Below, piece after piece: positions 50,495 to 64,000 of a stretch of 64,000 nucleotides of DNA. Each line of letters opens with the position of its first letter. The first letter of the stretch is position 1. A model generated the notes under the pieces. The model saw nothing but the letters and a program-made list of their open reading frames with translations, was not told the DNA's origin and made no database searches. The position numbers were made by a program, and so were the translations under genes. The stretch comes from an uncultured Clostridia bacterium (lineage in GTDB: Bacteria > Bacillota > Clostridia > TANB77 > CAG-508): contig OZ006973.1 of the NCBI GenBank assembly GCA_963931085.1, forward strand, positions 1,414,009-1,478,008, in the 5' to 3' direction.

Positions 50495-52063
50495 CTATTT
50501 ATAATTATTAGTATTTATATATGCTTTTCTGCCAGTCTGTCTTACTTGCACATAATCTACAGAACTTGATACATTTTTAAGTACTGTAACTGTAGTATTT
50601 TTTAAATAAGTGTATCTAGTTCCTGTTAGATTTGATTTTGAATACAAGTAACATTTTTGTTTTAATGTTTTTACTTTTCCTACAGTACCAGAATTTGAGC
50701 TAGAAGAATTTAAAAAAGCACTTGTTTTACAATAAGCATATCTTCCTGTTTTAACTACATAAATGTAGTCTACTGTTGAACTAGCATGTCTTACAACTTT
50801 AATTTGTGTTTGTGGAAGATATGTGTATTTAGTACCTGTTAAATTAGATTTTGAATATAATGTAGTTCTGCTTTTTAATCTATAGTAAGCTCCTACTTTA
50901 GTTGAGTATGAGCTAGATGTACTTGAACTTGATTTCTTAGATGTTAAGTATTCTGAAGAAACCCATCTACTTGAACCTATTCTGCTCCAGCCGTTTTTTG
51001 TTTCGTATACAGTTACTTTTTCACCATCTGTTAAACTGTCTACTATAGAATAATTCGTTCCAGGACCTTTTCTAACATTTAATGAAGTATTTACATCTAC
51101 ATATCTTGTATATTTCTTGCTTGAGCTTGAGCTCATATTTCCACTTCCTTGATCATTACTAAAAATAAAATAATTCTTTACATTTGCGTATTTTTTAAAG
51201 TTAGATTTACTTACATAAACATTGTTTCCACTAACCTTAACATTTGCCTTCTTTCTTGAAGCAGTATTGAACTTACCTGAGTATAGATATGGATCGTAAA
51301 TCTTTAATGTATCATCATCTAAACTCATGATAACTATGTAGTGGCCACCAGTTGTAAAAAGTCCACTACCACATGAGACTACAGCATAATACTTACTAGC
51401 TCCATTACTTTCTTTCTTCTTTAAATAATTCATGGCCGTGTTATAATTACCTGTGCTATGATATTCGTCAAATCCAAAATAGTCTGCAGTAAATGAAAAC
51501 GCAGCCCAAGCAGTACCACTACCAGCAGTTCTATATCCATTATCTACAAAAAGATTAGCCATAGTTGTAGGTAATATTGTACCTTTAGAACTTGATACAA
51601 CTATTGCTGCTGCAGTTGGCCCACAGCCACTAGACTTCATCGTTTGAGATTTATCTCCTATTGATGAATACATTTTATTGGCCCATCTACTATCACCTTG
51701 GTTGTAATAAGTTAAACCCTCATAAGCTCCTAATAATTCAAGTCCGTCTCCATCATTACTACCATTGTATGATATATTCTCTTGCTCTACTTGTGCATCC
51801 TGCTCTATTTCATTTTCGTTAACTTCTTCTATTGTCTCAACTGTTTTTAGTTCTTCAGCATTTTCTACAGCATTAATTGTATTTTCTGCTTCTTCTATAA
51901 CTTCATTAGATACTACTACATCTTCTTGTTCAATTTCATTTACAATTACATTTTCTATAGTATCTATTGAATTATTTAACTCGTCATTGTTAAAAAATAC
52001 TGCACACAACGATCCAATTACTGCTATAAAACATAATGCTACTATTAAGATTTTCTTTTTCAT
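50495..52063 (-). CDS. Secreted peptidoglycan hydrolase / putative endolysin: signal peptide, C39-like (papain-like) peptidase domain, two SH3b-like repeats
   Basis: MKKKILIVALCFIAVIGSLCA signal. QGDSRW...SGCGPTAAAIV...GGHYIVI Cys/His arrangement. Duplicated C-terminal ~60-aa repeats (KCYLYSKSNLTGT+YTYL...). Confidence 0.65.
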   Translation of the reverse strand: MKKKILIVALCFIAVIGSLCAVFFNNDELNNSIDTIENVIVNEIEQEDVVVSNEVIEEAENTINAVENAEELKTVETIEEVNENEIEQDAQVEQENISYNGSNDGDGLELLGAYEGLTYYNQGDSRWANKMYSSIGDKSQTMKSSGCGPTAAAIVVSSSKGTILPTTMANLFVDNGYRTAGSGTAWAAFSFTADYFGFDEYHSTGNYNTAMNYLKKKESNGASKYYAVVSCGSGLFTTGGHYIVIMSLDDDTLKIYDPYLYSGKFNTASRKKANVKVSGNNVYVSKSNFKKYANVKNYFIFSNDQGSGNMSSSSSKKYTRYVDVNTSLNVRKGPGTNYSIVDSLTDGEKVTVYETKNGWSRIGSSRWVSSEYLTSKKSSSSTSSSYSTKVGAYYRLKSRTTLYSKSNLTGTKYTYLPQTQIKVVRHASSTVDYIYVVKTGRYAYCKTSAFLNSSSSNSGTVGKVKTLKQKCYLYSKSNLTGTRYTYLKNTTVTVLKNVSSSVDYVQVRQTGRKAYINTNNYK

Positions 52064-52214
52064 AGTTTTTCTCCTTTCTTTTTATAAAATTTAAAAAGCG
52101 CCTCAAAAACAAGCTTTTATTCTCGTTTCTAAGACGTTTTTATTATTTGTTAATATACTTACTTTTTTTATAATTTTATGAAGTCATAGCATTTTCAATA
52201 AAATTAAGTATTTT

Positions 52215-52844
52215 TTACATTTTATTACTTTTTTCTATCATTTTTTCAAGATTTTCTTCTATAAAAAATTTTAATTTCAGAATTTCATTTAATTCTTTTT
52301 CAGAAAAATTAACTTTATTTTCATTTTCATATTGTATCGCTAAAAAACCAATCGGCTCATTATTCTCGTTATTTAAAATAATGTCATAATACGATTTTAT
52401 ATCTTGACTTTTTTTAAGAGAATATGTAGCTGGCATTATATTTTTAATATCTTCTAAATCATTAATTTGCATTTTAGTATCATTAAGTAATTTTTTAATA
52501 AATTGCGGAATACAGTTTAAAGGAATAGCTTGTAGGTACATTTGATAACTCTTAATTCCAGTCCTGCACACTTCATATGTACAACTTGTTTTTAAAGCAC
52601 TTCGCCCGTTTGCAAAATGACCTCCATTATGAAAATCATAGACTTGTACTCTATCAGCTCTTAAAAACTCTTTAATTTCTTCCATTTTATTGATAATTAA
52701 ATAATCTATGTCACATTGTTTTTTTATTTTTTGTGGAATCGTTTCTTCAATTGTTTTTTTAGCTTTATTTAATGCTACTATTAATCCAACAACTGCGGTC
52801 AATAACGCAGTTAAACTTATTATTATACTTGTTATCTCTTCCAT
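52215..52844 (-). CDS. Hypothetical single-pass membrane protein directly upstream of the lysin (holin candidate, speculative)
   Basis: 209 aa. One N-terminal TM helix (SIIISLTALLTAVVGLIVAL), then a soluble domain. Confidence 0.4.
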   Translation of the reverse strand: MEEITSIIISLTALLTAVVGLIVALNKAKKTIEETIPQKIKKQCDIDYLIINKMEEIKEFLRADRVQVYDFHNGGHFANGRSALKTSCTYEVCRTGIKSYQMYLQAIPLNCIPQFIKKLLNDTKMQINDLEDIKNIMPATYSLKKSQDIKSYYDIILNNENNEPIGFLAIQYENENKVNFSEKELNEILKLKFFIEENLEKMIEKSNKM

Positions 52845-52858
52845 TATATTCTCCTAAT

Positions 52859-53329
52859 TTATGAAAATTCTAAGACACAGTTTTGCAAATCTATTCCAAC
52901 TGGTGTATTAGTGTCAGTGTTTAAAGAACTATCATAACTTAAAATAAGATTGGCATAAATTCCTTGATTTTCAATTTGTATTGAAGCGTTCAGAACACTT
53001 TCTTTATTAACAATGTATTGCCCTTCAACCGATCTTACTAATATAGTTCCACTTACTACTGTAATAGTGCAACCAGTTGCATCTTTATCTAGCGGTATTG
53101 TGAAATATACGGATTTAGAACTACTAGAAATAAAACCACCACCAGTAAAATTAATAGTAGTACTGTCACCTGAGTGATAACTTAAACTATTTAACGCTTC
53201 TGTAAGTGCTTGCTGAACATTGGTCTGTATTAGACTTAAATTTTCTTCTAAGCTGTTTATTTTCTCTTCTGAACTGTTTGTTTTTTCAATAATTTCCACT
53301 ATTTTCTTTAAAATTTGCTTAACTATCAT
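52859..53329 (-). CDS. Phage hypothetical protein (tail/baseplate region)
   Basis: Start moved to MIVKQ (53329), preceded by GAGAGGTGA. The start overlaps the upstream stop. Confidence 0.4.
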   Translation of the reverse strand: MIVKQILKKIVEIIEKTNSSEEKINSLEENLSLIQTNVQQALTEALNSLSYHSGDSTTINFTGGGFISSSSKSVYFTIPLDKDATGCTITVVSGTILVRSVEGQYIVNKESVLNASIQIENQGIYANLILSYDSSLNTDTNTPVGIDLQNCVLEFS

Positions 53330-54032
53330 TAAAATCACCTCTCGAAACAAATTCTAAACTTTCATTAAAGCCTTCTATGATATCCTGTACATCAATATCT
53401 CCAATGTTTTCCTTAAATTGAATAAGTTGTGAAACGGTTCCAGTGTTTCCTATTTCTATATAATCTTTATTTAAAACTAATTTTTCGCCACAATGGAAAA
53501 TTTCTAAACTCTTACTTCCAACTATATATTTAACAGGAATACTATAATCTTCATCTTTAGTTATTACATTTGACACAGTGATAATTTCTCTATTAATTTT
53601 CATAGCATTTTTATTTGAATTTATAACTGACATTATAGTTTCTTTTTCATCATTAAAATCATCAACTGTAATTAGATTTGTTAAATCTAATGTTAATCCT
53701 ATAGGAGTCCATGTAGAGCCATTGTAAGAATAGTTTGTTGCATTTTCTACGCAATGCCAAATATCTCCTATTTTATTATTTTGTTTTAGTTCTAACTCAG
53801 AATATGTCCCTACACTTCCTTTATATGAAAAAACTGAAGTCAATGAATCTAATTTTCTTTTATAATTGTCATTAAAATCATGTTGTGATAAACCTTTTCC
53901 CGCTTCTTTTTCTACTTTTGAATATAACTCTGAATCTATTATATCTGCATTTATTCTATTCACATCATCTATATCGTAATTTTCTTCTTTTTTAGGTTTA
54001 ATCAAATTATAATGTTGTGAATAATCTGGCAT
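53319..54032 (-). CDS. Phage hypothetical structural protein (tail/baseplate region)
   Basis: 237-aa ORF between Tal and the lysin. No family recognised. Confidence 0.4.
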   Translation of the reverse strand: MPDYSQHYNLIKPKKEENYDIDDVNRINADIIDSELYSKVEKEAGKGLSQHDFNDNYKRKLDSLTSVFSYKGSVGTYSELELKQNNKIGDIWHCVENATNYSYNGSTWTPIGLTLDLTNLITVDDFNDEKETIMSVINSNKNAMKINREIITVSNVITKDEDYSIPVKYIVGSKSLEIFHCGEKLVLNKDYIEIGNTGTVSQLIQFKENIGDIDVQDIIEGFNESLEFVSRGDFNDS

Positions 54033-55076
54033 CTATATACACCTCCTCCATTCTCCATCAATATTTATCCATCTACAAACTCTTTTCCATTCGCCATCAA
54101 TGTTTCTCCAACGTTTACATCTTTTCCATACTCCATTTATATTTCTGTGTCCATTTTTCTGATTTCCAGTTAAATGAATTTTACACTGATCTACATAAGA
54201 ATATCCTTCTCCAACAAGTTCAAAATCTGCTGTTACCATAGAACTAGTTCCATATAATTTATATATGCTATCTAGTTCACTATCAGAAAATTCAATATTA
54301 TTTTCTCCACCTTTTATATTATCTCTATTAAAAATTTCTGACTGTTCGACTTTTAATTTTAAATTTAGTGAAGAAATATTAGCCGGATTAGTTATATTTA
54401 TATTAACATTATCTCCGTGATCGAAATCGCTTAAATCACTAATCTTAGCTATATCTAACGTTGTTGCAGACAATTTGCTGCTCGTTGTATACACTCCTCC
54501 ATTTTTACTTCTAACTCTTGTTTCTATTGTGTATTTAGTGTTAGGATTTAAGTTTGAAATAGTATATTTTAGACTACTAACTGTTTTCCACGAGCCTCCG
54601 TTAATTCTATATTGAACAAGATCTACATCAATATCTGTTGAACAAGATATTGATATCTTATCTAATCCTATGTTAGAAATTTTATGAGTAGTAATTTTAG
54701 CAGCTGGTTCTTTGTATTCAGGAAAACTTATTTTACCTGAGTCTTTTGCAGTATGAGACATATCTCCACAACGAGGAGTAAATGTAACTGATCTAGTAGT
54801 TCCTTCATTTTCAAAACTAATCCACTCTGTTGTATAACTAACACTTTTTACACCTGTTCCGAAAGAACTAGTTACTGTATATTCTTTATTGTTAATAGAA
54901 ATCTTGACATACAAAGGATATCTAAAATTACAACTGCTATATAAAGATCTCATTGTTATTTGAAATCTCACTCTGACAGTTTTATCGTACACGTTTGGTC
55001 TCTCTGCTTCATATTTTATCGAATAGTTTAATGTAGGAGATGAATGCCATTGTCTATCACTTATTATTGTTTTCAT
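54033..55076 (-). CDS. Phage structural protein with fibronectin type III-like domain and a C-terminal Trp/Arg-rich triple tandem repeat
   Basis: TKYTIETRVRSKNGGVYTTSSKLSATTLD is FN3-like. C-terminus NINGVWKRCKRWRNIDGEWKRVCRWINIDGEWRRCI has three ~12-aa repeats. Confidence 0.45.
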   Translation of the reverse strand: MKTIISDRQWHSSPTLNYSIKYEAERPNVYDKTVRVRFQITMRSLYSSCNFRYPLYVKISINNKEYTVTSSFGTGVKSVSYTTEWISFENEGTTRSVTFTPRCGDMSHTAKDSGKISFPEYKEPAAKITTHKISNIGLDKISISCSTDIDVDLVQYRINGGSWKTVSSLKYTISNLNPNTKYTIETRVRSKNGGVYTTSSKLSATTLDIAKISDLSDFDHGDNVNINITNPANISSLNLKLKVEQSEIFNRDNIKGGENNIEFSDSELDSIYKLYGTSSMVTADFELVGEGYSYVDQCKIHLTGNQKNGHRNINGVWKRCKRWRNIDGEWKRVCRWINIDGEWRRCI

Positions 55077-55093
55077 ATATAATCATCTCCTTT

Positions 55094-55981
55094 TTAAAAT
55101 ATTTGATCATATAAATCCCCATCCACTCCACCAGTTGGTACATCTGTTCCATAGGAAATTTTTTTCTGTTTTTCATCATTTAATTTTTTACCCATTGCAG
55201 CAGATAATGCTTCATCTGTGCTTGTACTTGTTAATGTATTGTTTATTGCTGTTTTATTTGCTCCGTCTTCTAGTCCGTCTAATTTTTGCTTATAAAAATC
55301 AGTAAAATTATTTTCGCTGGTTCCTCCGTTCGCATCCTGAAAGATTCCTGATATAACTACATTTTCTTCATCTTTTCTAACAAGATTATCTGTTACAGTA
55401 TCTATATAATCTTGAAATTTCTGATATAATTCTTCACCGTCAACAGAAATAAGAGAATTAACAATTCCACACACATCTTTATTTAGTCTTTTATCTGCAA
55501 TATCTTCTTCTGTTATATTGCCTGTACTTTTTACAGTAACCTCTGCTATGCATATTTCGTAAATGTTATTATCTCTTTGTAATGTAGCTGGTGTTGTTCC
55601 ATTTCCCTCTTTCACAATTAGTTTAGTCTGTCTTACATCAAGTGAATCATTTAGTTGTACAACTATTCTATCTACTCTTTCTCCTGATGTTGGCCTTTCT
55701 AATGTTATTATTCTTTCTGCTGTATTTTCAAAATCTGCTCCTTCTATTAATCCTGCTCCAGGAGCAACCTTCACATTCATTCCTCCATCGAGTGAAACTT
55801 TCATGCTGTTTTCGCCATAGTTCTTATAATCACCAAAGTAGACACCATTACTCAAAAACATTCTAAAATATTTTCTAAAAATTTTAGCTTCATACTCTCT
55901 ATCTGGTTCCATTTGTTGACTTTCAGTGTTTAAAACTTCCATTGCATCAAATGGAAAACTTTCTAAGATAATATCTGACAT
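55094..55981 (-). CDS. Phage structural protein (baseplate/fibre-associated)
   Basis: 295-aa ORF immediately downstream of Tal. No family recognised. Confidence 0.45.
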   Translation of the reverse strand: MSDIILESFPFDAMEVLNTESQQMEPDREYEAKIFRKYFRMFLSNGVYFGDYKNYGENSMKVSLDGGMNVKVAPGAGLIEGADFENTAERIITLERPTSGERVDRIVVQLNDSLDVRQTKLIVKEGNGTTPATLQRDNNIYEICIAEVTVKSTGNITEEDIADKRLNKDVCGIVNSLISVDGEELYQKFQDYIDTVTDNLVRKDEENVVISGIFQDANGGTSENNFTDFYKQKLDGLEDGANKTAINNTLTSTSTDEALSAAMGKKLNDEKQKKISYGTDVPTGGVDGDLYDQIF

Positions 55982-56011
55982 ATTTTTTCCTTTCTCACAA
56001 AAATAAACCTA

Positions 56012-57188
56012 TTATAAAATAGGTTTTTGTGTTAGTTTTTTTATTTGTTCTGCTAGACCTGGTATTTTATCCCCAAATCCTAGCTCAACTGTTATATTGT
56101 TTCTTTCATATACTTCTTTTGCCTGAATAATACGCTTATCTTCATAAATACCATCACTTTCAATAGTAACAATATCACCTAAGAAAAAATCTTTTTCATA
56201 TTCCATGTTTGGAATTTGATATATCTTTCCTTCGACTGATCTAATTGTTTTATATGTATCTAATTTTTTCTGTCCTTCTTGATTTAACTCATCTGGATCT
56301 TCTATATTACTTAAATCAATATAAACTTCTCTTCTATCAAATCCTGTTGCATCTCCAATTACAGTTATAAGCCTATCTTCATTTTCTCCTTTTCCTGCAG
56401 CATATCCTACATTTTTATAATTTGTATTATCATCTGTCACTTTTCCATTTAATAAATTTTTCTTTTTTTCTGAAAAAATAATATATGGAACTTTTTTATT
56501 ACCTTCGAGTTGAGAATTAGTATATTGCTCTAATTCTTTATGCGTATATTTTTCTAGTTCTTCGTGCGTGTTTCCATCTGATAATTGATTTATAGTTCTA
56601 TCTGTTCCTTCGTAACAGTCAAAATTAATACATTTATTATCTCTATCTAATATTCCCTTCCAGCCCATACCTGTATCTTCGGCTATATGTTTTTCTTCAT
56701 CGTGTAAGTTTGTTAGTCTTGCTTGCCAAACTGTTTTAAGACCTCTATTCTGTGTAGGAGCTATTTTAATCCATGGTATGTCTCGCTCTGGAGTTCGTAT
56801 TGTATCATAATAGCTTTCTACTAGATGTTTTTTTAAATAATGCTTCATTATATTTTCTGACTGAGTTTCTAATACTCTATCATATCCATTAGTGGCTATT
56901 ATTCTTCTTTTAGTTATTCCTTTTATGCAACTACCTGATATTTTTAATTTTTTTATATTATTTTCAGTTGTTGAAACTCTCTTTTCTATTAACAATATTT
57001 TCTCATCATTTTTATTGACAATAATCATATTGTCAGGTTTTAGTTTCTCAGTATTAGCCTTGTTTTTACTTATAGTAAGCTCAAATGTTCCACACTCAAA
57101 ATAATTCCACGTGCAGATAAGACTTTCATAGTTAGTAATAATTCCGCAAAAGTTCAAAATTTGTATTTATTATTTCTATGCAATTCAT
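56012..57188 (-). CDS. Tail-associated lysin/endopeptidase Tal (Sipho_Gp37-like). Needs a +1 shift at in-frame CGG 57144..57146
   Basis: ATG at 57188 gives MNCIEIINTNFELL-CGG. Skipping the C gives GIITNYESLICTWNYFECGTFELTI..., the characteristic Gp37-like N-terminus. The track ORF starts at an internal TTG. Confidence 0.7.
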
Positions 57189-57191
57189 ACT

Positions 57192-61447
<4,256 letters not shown>

Positions 61448-61469
61448 TTTTCACCTCTTTTTAGGCATA

Positions 61470-61505
61470 AAAAAAACACCAGTTATGTACTGATGTTTTT
61501 TATTT
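61470..61505. terminator. Hairpin plus T-run between the zinc-ribbon moron and the tape measure start
   Basis: ACACCAGT-N5-ACTGATGT (1 mismatch), flanked by an A8 run and T6. Confidence 0.4.
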
Positions 61506-61532
61506 TTCGCTAAAACTTATTTTTGTTTAATA

Positions 61533-61907
61533 TTATTTAGGAATATTTATATCTTCTGCCATATCATGAATATCAACTATAGTCTCTAATAAGAAATATT
61601 GAGTAAATCCAAAAAATAATACTGCTATCCCAGAAATAATTCCTATCCAGTTTGTTGTTGTCTCAACATATGTTTCTGTTATGTAATCATAACTTTCTGG
61701 CACTTCTATAGTAGAATAATTTATAAAAATAATTATTGCAGTGATAATGCATAAAATTATATTCATAATTGCAAAGATATTTAGCCAATATGCATGATCT
61801 TTACGAGATTTTTCACCTTTATCATATTTATCGAAATCGGTTTTACAATAAGGACATTTTGCTTCCCATTCATCAACTTCTTTTCCGCATCTTGGACACT
61901 TAATCAT
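61533..61907 (-). CDS. Zinc-ribbon membrane protein (2 TM helices) inserted in the tail module (moron-like)
   Basis: CPRCGKEVDEWEAKCPYCK zinc ribbon, followed by two hydrophobic helices. 124 aa. Confidence 0.5.
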   Translation of the reverse strand: MIKCPRCGKEVDEWEAKCPYCKTDFDKYDKGEKSRKDHAYWLNIFAIMNIILCIITAIIIFINYSTIEVPESYDYITETYVETTTNWIGIISGIAVLFFGFTQYFLLETIVDIHDMAEDINIPK

Positions 61908-62083
61908 ATATTTCTCCCCCTTTTACTGTATTTTACATTAATATATAAAATATTGCAAGAGTTAAAAACTATCTGCTGTTACTTCTTTTTCTTCTGAATT
62001 TACTTCTTTATGTAATTCAGCATATTCTTCCATGATAATTGAAATTTCGTCAGGATAATAATCTTCCATAAATGCTTTTTTGG

Positions 62084-62530
62084 TTATTCCAACTTTGATG
62101 CAGATTGCAATTGTTCTTTGAAGCCAATTAGCATAGTTACTTCCTTCACTATCGGCTTCATTTGAACGAAAAAACTTTCTAATTTATTAATTTCCCAAAA
62201 TTTCTTACAAATTTCTATCAATTCCGTTGGAGACAATTCGTCTCTAATGACTGATTCATCTACATCTAATAATTTACTTAAAAAACTAAATAAAAACTTA
62301 GGTGATATTAACATTAATTTTGTTATTAAATTCATTATATTTTCTATTGTAAACATTTCTGATAATTTAAAATCTTGCCCATTGTCAGATAACTCTTTAA
62401 TGAAGTCCTCTGGCAAATTCTTTAAAGTTTGTAGAGCTTCAAAATACTTGCCACAAGGCATCTTTCTTATCTCTACACCATACATTTTTACAGTTTTATT
62501 TAAACTTAAACTCTCGTTACTTTTAGACAT
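62084..62530 (-). CDS. Tail assembly chaperone (gpG-like position)
   Basis: 148 aa, acidic. Sits between the major tail protein and the tape measure protein. A T6 run near its 3' end (62175..62180) is a candidate slippery site. Confidence 0.5.
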   Translation of the reverse strand: MSKSNESLSLNKTVKMYGVEIRKMPCGKYFEALQTLKNLPEDFIKELSDNGQDFKLSEMFTIENIMNLITKLMLISPKFLFSFLSKLLDVDESVIRDELSPTELIEICKKFWEINKLESFFVQMKPIVKEVTMLIGFKEQLQSASKLE

Positions 62531-62577
62531 TTCTTTCCTCCTGTTATAAATTATTCGAGGGCTGTATGCCCTCTTTT

Positions 62578-63147
62578 TTATAATTCAGCTGCTGGTACTG
62601 TATCAATAGTATCTAACCATGTTAAATCAGTATTTCCTACTTCAGTATCTTTTATATCATAGAATTTTCCATCGCAAGCTCTATCTAAGAACTTACCTGT
62701 AATTTCTACACTAGATCTATTTCCATTTCCTTTTGTATTTAAATCCATTTTAATTTTAGAAACTTTAAACCTATATTGTTTAAACATTCTGTAAGTACCA
62801 TCAGCTAATAATCCTCTATATGAACAAGCCAACTCTGGTGCAACATCTCCTTTTTTAAAAGAATATGTTTTTGTCTCCTCATCATATGTTCCACCTCTAA
62901 GTTGTGCTCTTAATTCATTAGATAATTCTGCTAGTGTAAGAGTTACTTCTTCTCCTGTAACATCAGAATCTGTATCCCACACACTATCATCAGCCATTAT
63001 ATCTTCTTCTTCAGATTGTTCCTCTTTTGATAAACTTTGCGCTGCTGGTACTGGTATTCTATTTTCTACCTCATACTCTGTTTCAGAGTTTGCTATAATT
63101 GGGAATATACTAAATCTACTAAATCCTTTTAAATATTTTTTAGCCAT
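62578..63147 (-). CDS. Phage major tail protein (phi13-family-like)
   Basis: 189 aa. Position is upstream of the chaperone and tape measure protein. A GAGGGC-N5-GCCCTC hairpin (62555..62575) sits just downstream, as is often seen after major tail genes. Confidence 0.7.
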   Translation of the reverse strand: MAKKYLKGFSRFSIFPIIANSETEYEVENRIPVPAAQSLSKEEQSEEEDIMADDSVWDTDSDVTGEEVTLTLAELSNELRAQLRGGTYDEETKTYSFKKGDVAPELACSYRGLLADGTYRMFKQYRFKVSKIKMDLNTKGNGNRSSVEITGKFLDRACDGKFYDIKDTEVGNTDLTWLDTIDTVPAAEL

Positions 63148-63187
63148 TTAAATTTCTCCTTTCTAATTAAAAAACAAAGAGAAGTTT

Positions 63188-63553
63188 TTACTCCTCTTCT
63201 AAAATCTCATTTTTTTCAAAACGTATTGTTTTGTGTTTTTGTTTACTATTAGAATCATTTACATCTAAATATAAAGTTCTTTCATAACCTATTTTCTTCA
63301 TCTTGTTTACAACTTGAATTGCTATTTTTGATACTTCGCTTGATGATTTTCCCCACACGTCAACCTTTATAGCTAATGCGCTTGAATATTCTTCGTCATC
63401 TCCATAGTCAGATGGTTCATTTCCTAATTCCATATAAGTAATACAGGGTAATTTTGACCAATCTTGTTTTCCTTCTTCACATACATTTTCCACAATTTCT
63501 TCATCTTGCAGTTCTTTTAATTTCTTATATACTATAGGTTTTTGATTAATCAT
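63188..63553 (-). CDS. Phage head-tail joining / tail completion-like protein
   Basis: 121 aa, lying between the gp10-like and major tail genes. Confidence 0.4.
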   Translation of the reverse strand: MINQKPIVYKKLKELQDEEIVENVCEEGKQDWSKLPCITYMELGNEPSDYGDDEEYSSALAIKVDVWGKSSSEVSKIAIQVVNKMKKIGYERTLYLDVNDSNSKQKHKTIRFEKNEILEEE

Positions 63554-63994
63554 TATTTACCACTCTCCAATTTTTTTATATCAGATTCCACTGATTTTAT
63601 TACTTCTTGCTCTACTTCTCCTGTGTTTTTAGCATGAAGATATGCTGGTGTCATATATGGCTGAGCAGTCTGTCCTTTCCAGTCAGCTTTATAGGATATT
63701 CCTTCTGGTCTATCTATATCACTTGACTGGCCTCTTTCGCCTGTTCCAAACTCAACATAAGGTGCATATTCTACATTTGTGTATACTTGAGCTTTGGCTC
63801 CATCAGGTAATACCTCTGAACTTGTTTTAATAGAATTTCGCAAATGTCCTGTATTAACAGGAGTTAATAATTTTGCATTTTTCTGTATTTTTTTAGCCCC
63901 TCTTTCTAGTCCTTTTCTTGAACTTTCTTTTATGTTTCCATTTAACCCGCGATAAAGTAGAAAGTAATTTATCTAATCCTTGTATTGTAGACAT
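63553..63994 (-). CDS. HK97 gp10-like head-tail connector protein. Needs a +1 shift at in-frame CGG 63947..63949
   Basis: ATG at 63994 gives MSTIQGLDKLLSTLS-CGG-G. Skipping the C gives GLNGNIKESSRKGLERGAKKIQKNAKLLTPVNTGHLRNSI...NVEYAPYVEFGTG, matching the gp10 family. Confidence 0.6.
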
Positions 63995-64000
63995 CTAAGT

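Noticed and set aside
62160-62190. Programmed translational frameshift (gpG/GT-type) at the T6 run in the tail chaperone gene
   Set aside because: No extended alternative-frame ORF follows. The -1/+1 frames hit stops within a few codons, and the downstream gene is an unrelated zinc-ribbon protein.

Overview
AT-rich (~27% GC) Clostridia-like chromosome segment. Most genes lie on the minus strand; the main + strand blocks are 5765..8425, 19732..22226 and 29896..31299.

Left to right:
- 182..3667: a 1161-aa protein with a CpaE/TadZ-like receiver domain, a long disordered LPGFE-repeat and AT-hook region, and a MinD/ParA-like C-terminus.
- 4358..5626: a G5/SH3b/GH73 peptidoglycan hydrolase.
- 6635..8425: an acyl-CoA synthetase.
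- 8560..9790: a YdbC-like gene and a ROK glucokinase.
- 9896..19508: a complete type IV pilus locus (fused pilMN, pilO-like, pilin, pilD, minor pilin, pilB, pilT, pilC).
- 19732..21612: a divergent spoVAC-spoVAD-spoVAEB operon with a forespore-type promoter.
- 21735..22226: a higher-GC GNAT gene.
- 22321..25173: leuS carrying an inserted Nudix domain.
- 25347..28284: ttcA-like, maf and ycxB-like genes.
- 28490..28957: a ~45% GC foreign gene.
- 28958..46127: housekeeping and hypothetical genes, including an HD dGTPase, hsp20, a Ca-ATPase, mntP, an ABC-F protein, an ArsC/Spx-family gene and a CorC-family gene.
- 46226..46272: a 3' fragment of tRNA-Phe that marks a prophage junction.
- 46273..64000: the tail and lysis end of a siphovirus-like prophage. 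It carries an XRE repressor, a BppU/collagen-like fibre, a secreted C39-like/SH3 lysin, baseplate proteins, Tal, Dit, the tape measure protein, a chaperone, the major tail protein and a gp10-like protein.

Main observation: all seven apparent frameshifts in native low-GC and prophage genes sit exactly at an in-frame CGG codon. Skipping the C and reading the following GGA or GGG restores the conserved protein in each case. The only ordinary in-frame CGG (Arg) codons in the window are in the two GC-rich, apparently foreign genes. This points to CGG-dependent +1 recoding, or quadruplet CGGR read as Gly. The alternative is a very odd systematic sequence artefact.

No rRNA, no intact tRNA and no CRISPR array were seen.
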